A stretch of 64,000 bases of DNA from Bugula neritina (lineage: Eukaryota > Animalia > Bryozoa): contig OZ037765.1 of assembly GCA_964035545.1 (NCBI GenBank), positions 7,760,698-7,824,697 of the forward strand. Direction: 5' to 3'. Made by a program: the position numbers and the translations under genes. Below, piece after piece: positions 11,670-24,400 of the stretch (within the stretch, counting starts at the first letter, position 1; each line of letters opens with the position of its first letter). The notes below the pieces were generated by a model. The model did no database searches and was not told the DNA's origin. It saw only the letters and a program-made list of their open reading frames with translations.

Positions 11670-14600
11670 TCAGCTTTTAAGTCGTTGCTTTGATGTGCTG
11701 GGTTCACTCTCTATCTCATACTCTATGCTGACTTTAGGTTTCCTTTTATTTTTTATATTACTGCTACTTTGCTGTGGCAGCTCCTCATCTGAATCACTGT
11801 TATCCAACGCTTCACTCATATTTATATCCTAGAAAAAGATGATCTCAAGTGTATTTATAACAATACTGAAGCATTATATTATACAAATATTATTTAATAT
11901 TTATCTGAAAAAATTTGCTGCTGGCGGGTACAAGTAAATTCCAATTTGTGAAGAAGTGTACACTTGTAAAAGGTTAATTAAAATTGGAGTTGTGAACACG
12001 AATCTTTCAAAGTCAGCATGATTACCTCGAGATCTGAAATGTCTTCCTCAATTTCATCTTCCATAACATATTCCACATCACTCTCCTCTTCATCTTCCAG
12101 CTGCAAAACCAGTACATCATTTATAATTAGCACCAGGGTCTTGATCATATGGTCTATGACAGTAGAGAGTGAAAATTGCTTATTGCAAACTAGAAATATA
12201 ACATCAAACATAAAACAAAATGTAAATCGAGATGGGATATGAGGAACAAGAGTGCTAAGGTATAAATCTTTTGAACCAAAATCTAACAAATGTTCAAATA
12301 CCTGTTTTGACAATATTGCATTGAAAAAAAATAATAACAGGCCTATTGGCTTGATTTTTATACTGGACAAATTGAGACTATGTGAAAGGCAAGGTCCATG
12401 AGATGAAGCTAGTGTAATGATAAAGGAGGTAGTTGAGTGCAGGGCGATATTAGTAGCAAGACTACAGCTTATTGGGGAAAAAACTGCTCAAAAGAATTCT
12501 TATAGCCAAAGAAAACTGCTGCTATTCTTTCCAGCTGAGCTAAAATATTTCAACCGCTATATCGAAATCACTGTATCTACTTCACTTGCCTTTGCAAACA
12601 AATTTGTCATAGAGGATTAACATAGAGCAAGCTCGATAGGATAATTTGGCAAGGACAATGAGTTGTAAACTTACAACAGGTATGTACAAGTTTCTCTCTG
12701 GTTTGAAATAATAAAATAACATAAAATCACATTTTCTCAAATCATCTACATATTATATGGCCTAAAAGCTAGTAAGGAAGTCCTAGAAACTCAAAAGTAA
12801 AAAACTCTTTGATATAACTTTTAGGAAAACAGTAAAAACTTTTCAAAATGCTTTTTAGTTTTTTAACTGTTTGCTAGCATTCCATTATTCTAATAGTTCA
12901 ACTGAGAACTGTTTGCAAGCTTCTCTGGGCTTGAATATTAAACAGAATATATAAAAAAACACAGCCATATACCTGTCTGCAACTACAACCTGTTTTTTTA
13001 CCACAGTTATACTAACCTCTTCTGCCTCGCTCTCACTCCCCTCTTCGCCTTCCTTCAGACCTTCTTCTGTCTCTGACTCTGATTCCACCTCTTCTTGTTC
13101 CAAAGCTTTGCTGAACGCCATTTGTGGAAAGTTGTATATATCCCCATACTGCAAAAAAGCTTATTTTATATTGCTTGTGTAAATGAATTTTATTCCTAAA
13201 TATAGAATGCTTAAAGCAGTTACCAAAGTATAGACATTTTAAAATCGTTAAATGCAATTTTCTATTACATACTATAAAACAAGAGGCATTCTTCAAAATC
13301 TGATGCAAAATAATTAGTCAATTATTCTGGGAAAGCAGAGGGAAATGTCATCCAAAGTTCATAAAATCATAAATTATTTAACAAATCATCAATAATTGTC
13401 TTCTCTCCTTACCGTGCCTTTCTTGAGCCTTTCCAAAAGTTCACTTTCAATCGCGTTATCTAGTCGTGCAGCTATCAATGCTTTGGCCTGAAAAGGAAAA
13501 CATGATTGGTTAGCATACTTTAGCCACACCTACACCAATAACACCACACACAATGGTTTCAAAAGTTAACGTTCAAATCAGAAATGTTGGTAGAGTACTT
13601 GTAACAATGTCAAAAGTACACATCTTTCAAGAGTATTAAGGTTTTAGTTTGATAAACAGGAAAACAATGTAAAAATTAAACAAAATCGAAAATGTTACTG
13701 TATATCCATAACCTAGCAGCGCGTTTATTATTAACTTTTGAACCAATCTACCAAACCATTATTAGTATGCAGTAAATTTGAAGTTAATTCAATACAAGTA
13801 TAGTTATTCAATACTTTAACATGTGTGATGGGCATGCCATCTAAGCACGAATACTCAGCGATTTAGACCCATAACGACTTATTGAAATAAAACGATTTTT
13901 TAATTAAACCATAATTAATGAAGAAGAGCGGACATTATAACACTTGATTTATCAAATATATTTTTGTACTTACCTCACGTCTGGTTTCACGACGCTCTAC
14001 CTTGGTTCCTAACGGCACAAGTTTCTTTCTGTATTCAAACACATAATATAACAGAATAAGTATCTAAAGCAGGACTTGACAGCAATAAATGGTATTCATC
14101 AAGCACAGGTCAAATACTTCTGGTGTGGTTCACTCGTGAAATATTTAAAAACTTACTAAGCATACATCATACATAATTCATATAGCGAAAAACCAAGAAC
14201 ACTAAAAACTGAGGGTAAATGACTTTTTCAATTTAGAGCTGGAAAAGTTCACACTGAGAAAACAATTATGCAAAAGGTTAATTTAGTTTCATTATATATC
14301 AAATAACAAGAAGCACTCAGTTGACCTAGTTTATGATCACATAAAGAAAAACATGACTCACTGTCTTTTGAGAACCAGTTTCCTCATTCTGACCAAATAT
14401 TGGCTGATCCTAAGAAGTCTCTGCTTACTCTTGTGTATGATATATCTATAAATAAACTCCATCAATTTCTAAACCGTCCACAAATTTATTAATAACAAAA
14501 TTCAGTATTCATTATGTGACATGACTTGACAATGTACGTTGGATAAAACATTTAATAGTGCCAAAGACTAACTTGGGCCAATATATAAGATGCTCATCAA

Positions 14601-15610
14601 TTTGCTTCATGGCCTTTTCAAGGTTTTTTGACAACTTCACTTTCTGCCACAACTTATTTGGAAATGCAGCACGTTCCACTGTTTTCAAGTACAAGTATAT
14701 CACACCTACAATCAGAATACCACGAGGCTGATAGAATGACAGATTTGATTAAACCTAGATCTATTACAAAGCAGGAATAAATATGGGTCCGCATTATAAA
14801 CAGCACAACACCTTTTTCTTCTTTCACTGTCGCATATTGACTGTTTGCCAAAGGACATGCGGCTCTGTTGCAAAGGCCTGATAAGTTATACTCATTTCGA
14901 CAGAACTTCTGAGTATCAGTTCTACAATTCCAATATAGAAACAAACCATGACATGTGACACACACACGCACGCACACACAATTAGACCGCAATATGGATA
15001 TAAATTAAAATGTAATCTTTCCTTTGGTAGGCTGATGTGCACTAAAATATGTAGATTTAATCAATTTGTTGTAATAATGTGTATAGCAAACACGTTTAAA
15101 TAAAATCAATGGCAATAACATTTTTGATTCATTACAGCTAGCATTTGAATGACTATTCTTTCAATTCAGCTATAAGTACATCAAAACACAATTGGCATTT
15201 AAATACTGGCAACACACATGCATGCGCACACACACAGGCCATTTCAGCAAACTAATTGAAAAAAATAATTTTAAAATGTAAAGTATGCCTCCAACTTACT
15301 TGACTTTAAATGAGCAAAAGGAGTTATTTATTATACCCCAAATGACCTGCAAAAAATACAAAATTAAACGTTGTTTAACCAGAGTAATATCAGTATTAGC
15401 ATTGAAAGCTAAGATTTAGAACAATAAGAATAATAATAAGAATAATAACAAAAAACAATTACCATGACTACCCAAGATAAAAGTTTCACAAGTTTACTAT
15501 ATATAGAAATATTTATCATTAAAAATGTTATACTTATTGCCAATATAATTTTTATAAGTAACACTTATGTAACAAAGAAAAAGTTAATAGCATACATCAT
15601 CCTGCTGCAT
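11670..15610 (-). CDS. MAK16: MAK16 60S biogenesis factor; exons (minus) 15596-15610, 15300-15346, 14812-14921, 14573-14705, 14362-14445, 13974-14028, 13413-13487, 13017-13148, 12026-12100, 11670-11828
   Basis: [53 protein letters not shown]; [31 protein letters not shown]; acidic C-terminus. Confidence 0.93.
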
Positions 15611-15999
15611 TATGACGCAGACTTCGGCTATTCAAGTGAATCTTTACTTTCCAAGAGCCAGTACTACTAATCAGTGACTGAACTACAAGTACATAAATAA
15701 TACAAAGATATTAGATACAAATGGAAAATTTAAATCAATAAAGATGGATTCAATCTACATTATATATTTCTTTTCTGTTGTAGGTGTTGACTCTGATAGG
15801 TTGTTTTTCAAGCTTTTTTGATTCTTAACTCTTTTATCCCGATCCACCTCTAACTTCTCTTTCGTAGATTTTTAATTTAGGAATAATTCCCTTTATTCTA
15901 CCTCCAAGTTGGGTACCGACAGTAACTCTAGTAATGAGTTTAATCATTTTTCAAACAACTTAGTGAACTTTAGAATTTGCTAACAGTAACTTACGAAAT

Positions 16000-16480
16000 C
16001 TGTTACTCTTAGCCTTAGAGCTAAGACTGATACTCCTACTTCTTACTCTCGGCCCCTTAGCCCTTATTGTAATTTAAATTGGTATTCTATTACTTATACT
16101 ATAGTTATACTTATAGTTATACTAAAAGTAATACTAATACTAATAGTAATAATAGTAATACTAATACTAATAGTAACTCTAATACTAATACTCACTGTAA
16201 TAGTATTACTAATAGTAATACACTAATACTAATAGTAATTAATTATTTAATATTCAATAAGTGAATATTTATATTCACATTGATTAATATTTATATAAAT
16301 ATTAGCCAACTCACTCTCAGTATGACTATGAGATTGAGTACGGGTATGAGTATCAGTATGAGTGTGACTATCACTATGAGTATGAGTATCAGTATGACAA
16401 TCAGTATGATACCGATACGTCTGAGTATGACTGTGAGTATGATAATGATAAATCATAATGATGATCAATAATGATAATTA
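16000..16480. repeat. Degenerate 6-bp-periodic tract on the MAK16 side of the divergent promoter
   Basis: tatact tatagt tatact aaaagt aatact aatact aatagt ... gagtat cagtat gagtgt gactat cactat gagtat. Confidence 0.8.
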
Positions 16481-16619
16481 TAAACTATTTAAATTGATTT
16501 TTAATTTTGCATTATTATCAATATTATAATTAAATTTGTTATTTGAAAATTTCGTAGTGTATAAGTTTAAGGTCTACTTAAGAAATTAAACTTAAACTCC
16601 GTAAAATTCAATATGAATG

Positions 16620-17080
16620 TTTTTTAACTTGTACGTGTTAGCGTAACTGTGCGTAGACTAGGGTGCGTGTTGTTCACGCTGACTTCACATAAGTGAGCGA
16701 AGAAAATATTGTAAAAGTTGAATCGTTGTTTATTCTTAAAAAATAACCGTCACTGAATCGTTCGTACACAACTAGCTGTCGCTTAGTTCTTCTTCACTCT
16801 TGCATAACCTTTGTAAATAGTTTTCTTTTTATTAAATTATATTTTTCGTAGTTAAAATTTAACAGTAATAAGTTTAATAAATTGTTAAACCAAAAAATTG
16901 TGAAAACTGTCGAGTGTCTTGAGCTTTCAATAAAAAAGTATAGCATTTTTTACGATAGTGATGCGCTACTAATGGTCAGCGTTGCTCAACCGGTATAGCG
17001 AGTCTATTTTTACTGTAGTCAGCCTAAAACATGGTTATCGCGTTTTGGTTATACGATTAAAAATAAAACACGTGTTGTGA
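16620..17080. promoter_or_regulatory. Candidate bidirectional promoter core between head-to-head MAK16 and PES1
   Basis: Locally CpG-rich segment in an otherwise CpG-poor region, midway between divergent ATGs (15610 minus, 18416 plus), flanked on both sides by periodic tracts. Confidence 0.45.
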
Positions 17081-17199
17081 AATTAAAAGTAAAACTAAAC
17101 ATCAACATGTATTACTATTACTGCTTTCACTTTCAGTTGTTGTATACTGTTGCATGTGTACCTGGTTGAAAAACTGAAACATACAGTTGAAATTTATAA

Positions 17200-17880
17200 T
17201 AGCTGTTTGCCTTGAACTTGAAGTAAAGTTATCAGATTGAGATTAGCCTTGGGCTTGGCCTTAGACTTTAGAGTCGTATTTAATTTAGGATTTACTTTTA
17301 CTTTTAGTATTTACTATTTAGTTTTATTAAATTTAATTTTATTTGAATTTAAAATAAATTTTTATTTTCATTTTGACTTTTACCTTGTAGTTAGCGTTGC
17401 AGTTGCTGCCCTTGCACTACTTCAACTTGCAGTTGCACTTGCTTCTTCAATTTGAATTTCAGCCGTTGGGCTGAGACTGAGGCTTTTGCTTTCAGTTTTA
17501 GTTTAGGATTCAGATTTTTAGTTCTGGAAATACTTGTAGTTGTACTCAAAAGTCACATAGCAAACTCAAATTAAAATACTCAGATACGTTAGTTGTAATA
17601 CAGATTCAGATTGAGATACGATAGTTGTAATACTTTAAGTTTATAGTTTACACTAATACTTAGAGCTAGTCTTGCTTTTACTCAGTTAAACTTGAAGTTA
17701 ATGTTATCACTTGAAGTCAATGACTCATCTTATGACTGTCTTATAGTTATACTTATACTTATAGTTATAGAAACAGGTCTAATAGTAATAGTAGTACTAA
17801 TAGTAATAGACTCATCGTTAAAGTTATCGTAATGTTATAGTGATGGTCACTATGAGTATGACTATAGTGAAGTTATACTT
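17200..17880. repeat. Degenerate 6-bp-periodic tract on the PES1 side of the divergent promoter
   Basis: tttact tttact tttagt; tgcagt tgcact; tatagt tatact tatact tatagt; cactat gagtat gactat. Confidence 0.7.
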
Positions 17881-18415
17881 GGACTGGTTAATTAAAATTG
17901 ATTACAAATTGTTGCCATTGTCAGCAAATAGTTAATTAATGAAAATCAAGATTTAAAGTTTTAGTTAAGATATGCAAAGTAAAATTAAATATGTTCAGTT
18001 TTTAAAAATTGTCTGTACTTGGTCTTATACTAGCAAGTCTTTATCAACTGCATAGGAGCAGTAGTGGAGAAATTGAGAAAGCCTAAGTTCTTTTAAGCCT
18101 AATTTTTTTTTATTAAATTTTGGTTTGGGCGTAGGTCAAAATTCTTGCGATAACATCTGTATACTCATAATGAGTGACAATTCTCTTTCTAATAGAAATA
18201 TATAGTAATAGTATTGTTACTGTTTTAAGCTTTAGTATTAAATGTAAAAAAAACCATTAGGGCTGTAATATTTTTTAATCTAAGAATTCAATTTCATTTA
18301 TAATTTTTATGTTTTTCTTTGTTTACAGCTTGAACACAAGTTTCAAAAACTAAAAGAGTTCAACAGACCTGTTTACACAAACTTATTATTCCTATAAGTT
18401 CTGGTTTTCTGCAGG

Positions 18416-21400
18416 ATGGGCAGAATCAAGAGAAAAGTCAGTGTCATTGTCATTATGTTTTGAAAATTGTTAAAAAAAAACGTGTAAATGATTATGGTCT
18501 GCCCTATGATGCCTAATGGTAATGAAAATTAGGAAGGTGTTTTAATGTGTAAAGGGAACTACATTGTTTTGATCGTTAATTTTCAATGTGTCCATATTTG
18601 CTCGCTCTTTTTTCTTGCATGTTCAATGCTCCTTTCATTTTATGGGATTTATGTCTTATGATCTTAACTATCATTGATCATTTCCTCCATTATTTTAAGA
18701 TGCATTTAGTATGTTATATGGGTAAATATCTAAATTTGTACAATATTTTTTGGCATATATTTACACTTCAAGATGTTTATATTATAAATTGAAACTGTAA
18801 AGTGTAAACCTATAAGCCAAGCAAAAGTCATACTCATATCTGCATCCAAAGCGCTTATAGCTTACGGTATTGTCACCTCTGCCCAGTTTCAATGAGATTT
18901 GCACCTATAATGTTAGTGAAATTTGGTATCATTTGATTATTTAGTCAGTTGATTCAACTGACTTCAAGGTTATTAAATTATACAAGAACTTATTTAGCTT
19001 GTTTGAAAAAAGATGGAGTAATCAGGGATGTTCTTGCAGTTGTTAGTGGTAATAAATTTGTAGAGAAAAGGAACACATTTTTGTAGTAAACTTGTTGGCT
19101 AATGAAATTTGTGCTGGAAGTATTCTTGGTTGTTATTTTTATTACTTATATTTTGGGACAGGCAGATGATATTTGTAGACTAAGTAAAAACAATTTTAGT
19201 AATAAGTAAGGAAATGGGGAAAGTTGTAAATGAACAAATTGGTAATAATGGTCTAATCATAACAGCATAAAGTGATTTCAAAAAATGTGTTGATGGAATG
19301 TAATAGCATGATAGTGATAATTCGGATATGATGATAAAATTCAATAATTAATAATGCTGTTGTACTAACTTAAGTAAATAATGAAAGAAGCAGTCTTTAG
19401 TTTGGAAGGCTTGCTTTGCTACATAACTGCTTCAAGTCCAATAAAATTTATATGTAACTTAAGAAATTACTTCTGCACTCCTTTGAAACAGCTAAACTAT
19501 ACTTCTTACACAGTTAAGGCAAAAATGTAGTATAAAGTTTACAAAGAGGTTTTGAGGATTAAACATGGGTTTTTAGTGAATAATAATAGTAATAGAACTG
19601 TTATAATTTTGGGTGTGTTATCTCCACCTCTTTACCACCAATTTAGTAAAACAATAATATAAATTGTTAATTTCTTATTTCATGTTGTTTCTGTTACAGT
19701 ATGAAGCTGGTGCAGCCACAGCTTACGTTTCCAGAAAGCGTGCATTGAAAAAGCTGCAGCTATCACTTGCTGATTTCAGGTTTGTAATATTCTGATAGCT
19801 TATTCTGGACCAGTTGTCAATGAATTGTTTATTTTAGGACAAAAGTTTTTAGTCAAAAGTACCAATAAAAATTTATATTTTCCCATACTAGCTTTGCAAT
19901 CGAATGGTTAATCAATATCCAGCAGCACCATATAAATATTTGGAAATGTATTACAATATGCAATAAATAAAAAATAATTGAACTTTGACCTTTGTTTTAC
20001 TATATGAAGATTTTTAGTTTGCTGTATAGTCTTGTATTGATTCTACATGAATACAAACAACTTTACGATCTTGACTGTTACTTGAGTTGCACAAGTTTTC
20101 TTGAAACTTCTAAGAATTATCAGTATCTTTTTGTTAAGAATTACTGTTGAGAGTTTATTTAGTTATGATGACAATAAAATGAGTTCCATGTACAACTTCT
20201 TATAGATTGAAATTTAGGGAGTTATTTGTTATTTTAAAAGAATATAACTCTGTATCTCAGAAGACAAACCAACAAAACGAATTGCAATTGTGTGTTTCAG
20301 ACGTCTTTGCATTCTGAAAGGAATTTATCCCCATGAGCCAAAACACAGAAAGAAAGTAGAAAAGGGCAGTACAGCAATAAAGACATACTACTTTCGGAAA
20401 GACATACAATTTTTATTGCATGAACCCATCATCAATAAGTTCAGAAACTTTAAAGTAAGCAAACATTATAACCAATAACTTCAAGTTTATATTCAATAAG
20501 CAATTTCTTGAGTAAAAACCTTGGACGCTTGAAGCTTCACGAATTCTGTTTAAACCAGCTTTAAGGGTGAGAAAATGAGCTGGTAAGACTTGTGTAGATT
20601 TTAAACCTATTGGCCAATCACTCCCATTATGTTGTTACATACTCACTACTGGCATTTAGTATTTAAATATTGCTGTTTCATGATGGTGTTTGTTTTATAA
20701 TAAAAATATTTTTCATTTAGATGTAGTTTCAATTTTTTTAAATTGAAATTTTGTTCTAAAATTTAGAATATTAAAATTTAAGCCAATATGTTTTTTGTAA
20801 CATTTTTAGTTGTATTATTAGCTTCAATTCTGGTTTTTCTAAATGTCTCATATTAACCTCTTGGGAATGTCTAGGTCTACACAAGAAAGCTGAAAAAGGC
20901 AATAGATAAAGGAGAAGATGGACAAGCCAAGAGATTACGGCAAAATAAACCTAAATACAAACTTGATCATATTGTAAAAGAAAGGTATATTATTTATAAC
21001 TAAGATTCAATAGCTTTGGGAATTACTTTCGCTTTATATTACATTATGTGGTTAGACAACTCCATATGATTATCTTGGTATGTCAAGGGATTACAGCAGT
21101 GCATGTTATAATGTATTTATGCTGTGTCAATGTGATTATTCATATTTTCGGAATGGCGGACATGCATTTATTTTCTTCATGTCTTCAGATACCCGAGTTT
21201 TGTTGATGCTGTGCGAGATTTGGATGACTGCCTCTGTTTGGTCTTCCTATTCGCCACCTTGCCTCGGCAGCAGTCTGCTAAATTTCAAACTATTCAAAAA
21301 TGTCGAAGACTTTCAGGTGATTTTGATAAGAAGATCGCAATCATTCATTTGTGGTGTTTCATCTATAAAACCTTACGGTGTTTGTGTGTATAGTCATGTG

Positions 21401-24400
21401 TGAGGTTTCTGGTTTATTGATATATTGAAGAAATGCTATAACTTGATTTAGTAATCAACTCACTTGGTACTTTTTAATACATTCACTGCCAATAATTATT
21501 ATTTCCTGTTGATAAACTGTCACATATCATTATTCTCATTAAATGTAGCCTTGTGGCCAGATTATCTCCCAGTTTCCTTCTTAATTTCCTCATTTTATTA
21601 TTTTCTAGTGGAATTCTTGCATTACTTGATTGCTGCAAAAGCCCTTCGAAAAGTAAGTCTGCAAAAATCAGTGTAATCAATCATAGTGTTATGCAGTTGC
21701 GCCTCATAATTTAAGCTCATACATAGAGATACACAGTTACTTGTTTTGCAAACTAATGGTGAATATGTATCTCAAATCTGACTGCATCATGATCCTGTTT
21801 GTTAAATCGATTCCGCTTGTTGTGCAATTTATTATAATATTCCTAATTATCTACTCTTCTCATTGATCATAGCTGCAAACTTGTTTATTCAAATAGAACA
21901 ACTTCGCTAAGGCTCTTGCTTGCAATTTAACAAAATGTGTTTTATTTAAAATATTCCATTTGTGTTGTAGGTGTTTGTGTCAATCAAAGGCATTTATTAC
22001 CAAGCAGAAATCATGGGTCAGACTGTAACATGGGTTGTTCCCCATGCTAGAGGATTTCAGGTATTATGCTATTGTTTTTGCTAGTTCAGACTGATATATG
22101 GTGAGCTGTTAGTTGTTTCAGTGGCTGATGGTGCTAGCTTATTATGCCTAGTGCCCCGTCTTTAAATTTGTCTTTGACGTACAGTAAGGACTTTCGTTGT
22201 TAAAGGATAGAAAATGGCTGCTTGTTATTGTGAACATGACACGATATTTCACAATTCAAGCACATCGTGTTATCTAATGTTGCAACTGAGTGGTGCTGTT
22301 TTGGTTTTCATTACCAACTAATCATGTCGTATTATCAGCATTCCCTAATGGAAGTGTTATCACTCGATGTCTGTCACCTTTCTTCCATGTATATCCTGTC
22401 TATGTGTCTGAGGATTATATTTCCTTTCGGTTTTCTCACCGCTATGCTAAATATTTTCACTTTTTTTCAACGGATGTTATTGCACTTTCTCTTATAAGGA
22501 TTGTAATAAGGATGTGTGTTGACTTCCTACTTCTTCATTGGTTTTTAATAATTTAATAATAGTTTGTTCGTTCATAAGTTAATTTTTTATGTGAATAAGA
22601 AAACATTTATATAATATGCATCACTACATTCGATACCTAACTCAAGATGTTGCTAGTATTTCATTGTAATATTATGACAGATGTTATTACACAATATTTT
22701 TTTTTTGTGCTTAGCTAATGAAACATTTTGAAATTTCTTCCTGCATTACTATGTTCTGGTTTGGTTTTTTTAAATCTAGTGATTTTCTTTCATAAATATT
22801 GCTGCTATTAATTGAGATGAAGTTTAATTTATTGAATGCTGGAATTACTCACCACATAATGTGTTTGTTTTGTAGAAACCTACTGATGTCGATTTCAAAG
22901 TCATGTCGATATTCATAGAGTTCTATCTCTCTATGCTTGGCTTTATCAACTACAGACTGTACAGTAGTCTGAACATCAGTTATCCCCCTCAACTTGAGTT
23001 GCCAACAGACAAGCACAACTCTTTAAGAGATATGTCTGCGGAAGAAAGAATAGAGGAGGTATTTCTGTTACATCGACTATTCCTCACTATCTAGCATTAT
23101 TGACTCAATATTAAACAGTTGGTTTAATAACTTGAATGACTAATAACGCATTTACTGAATAATTTATTCATTGATCATGTGATTGTTGGCACTGATTTTA
23201 CATAAAATTAATGTTGGCGTGATGTTGGCTCACTATCATGATACGTGAGTGAAATCACAGCGTTGCTTGTAGCTTATTTGGCTAATTCTGTCTGAAATTT
23301 AAAAAATAGTTTTATTATGCAAATGTTGCTATAAATTTATATGCTTCATTGCTGTTTAACCTCATCCTATTTTACATTACCATTATTAATTTTATTAAAT
23401 GTTGGTCTGTCGTAATTATATAAATGTATGTATACATTTGTAATGTTTGTACATGGATATATTGTATATATGTACATAAAGTTCTGTAAACAATTTACAT
23501 GACATTTTACACGCTCATTTATCTGGCTATCCTGTGGTAAAAGAAGTTGGCAGGTGTCTGCTATATTTAGAAAGTATTTCTAATGTTTTTTGTTTTAGAT
23601 GTTGGCTGCCATGACACAGTCCTTAGTGCCAGGTCTAAAGTCCATCGATCAAGCGGAGGTTGATGAATTCCCCGCCACTGGGGTAATTATGCACCCATAA
23701 ATTATATGCTCAGCTAGAATTATGATCATAAAATCATTACTTCTGATTAGGAATATCATTTTGTTAGGCCTATTTCACTTGCCTGGAAGACTTAAGATGA
23801 TTAAAATTACCTAGGCTGTAAAATATTAGACTTAACTTGAGTTATTTTTGTATTTCGTGTTTATTTTGACCCTCCAGGATGAAGAGTCAGGGATAAGTGA
23901 GGAGATCAGAAAGGAACAGCAAAGTAGAAGTCGTCTGCTGAAGTTGTTTTGCAATACGAAGTTTTTCCTCGGGAGAGAAACACCCAGGGAGTCGTTGACT
24001 TTCATTTTAAGGTACAGAAAGTCAAATATCAATGATCAGTGTTTTCCAAAGTTACTTCATATACTCAACAAATCTAATTAAAAGTGTTGTTTTGTGGAAA
24101 AAAAGATTTTTTGCCAATTATAGATTGAACAGATGTATAAACCCTACTTGATTGTGTAAATAATTGATTCGATTTATTAGAAATTTTGGAGCGAAAGTTT
24201 CCTGGGACCCGTCAGTTTCTGCCGGAGCAACTTATCTGGAGAATGACGAGACCATAACTCATCAAATAGTGGACAGAAATCAGCCACCGGCAAAGAAGTA
24301 TATGAACCGTTACTATGTGCAGCCCCAGTGGGTACGTGTCCAGAAGTTGTAAACATCTTCAATAAATTTCAACTAGTGGCTTATTCGCTGCGTTTCCATT

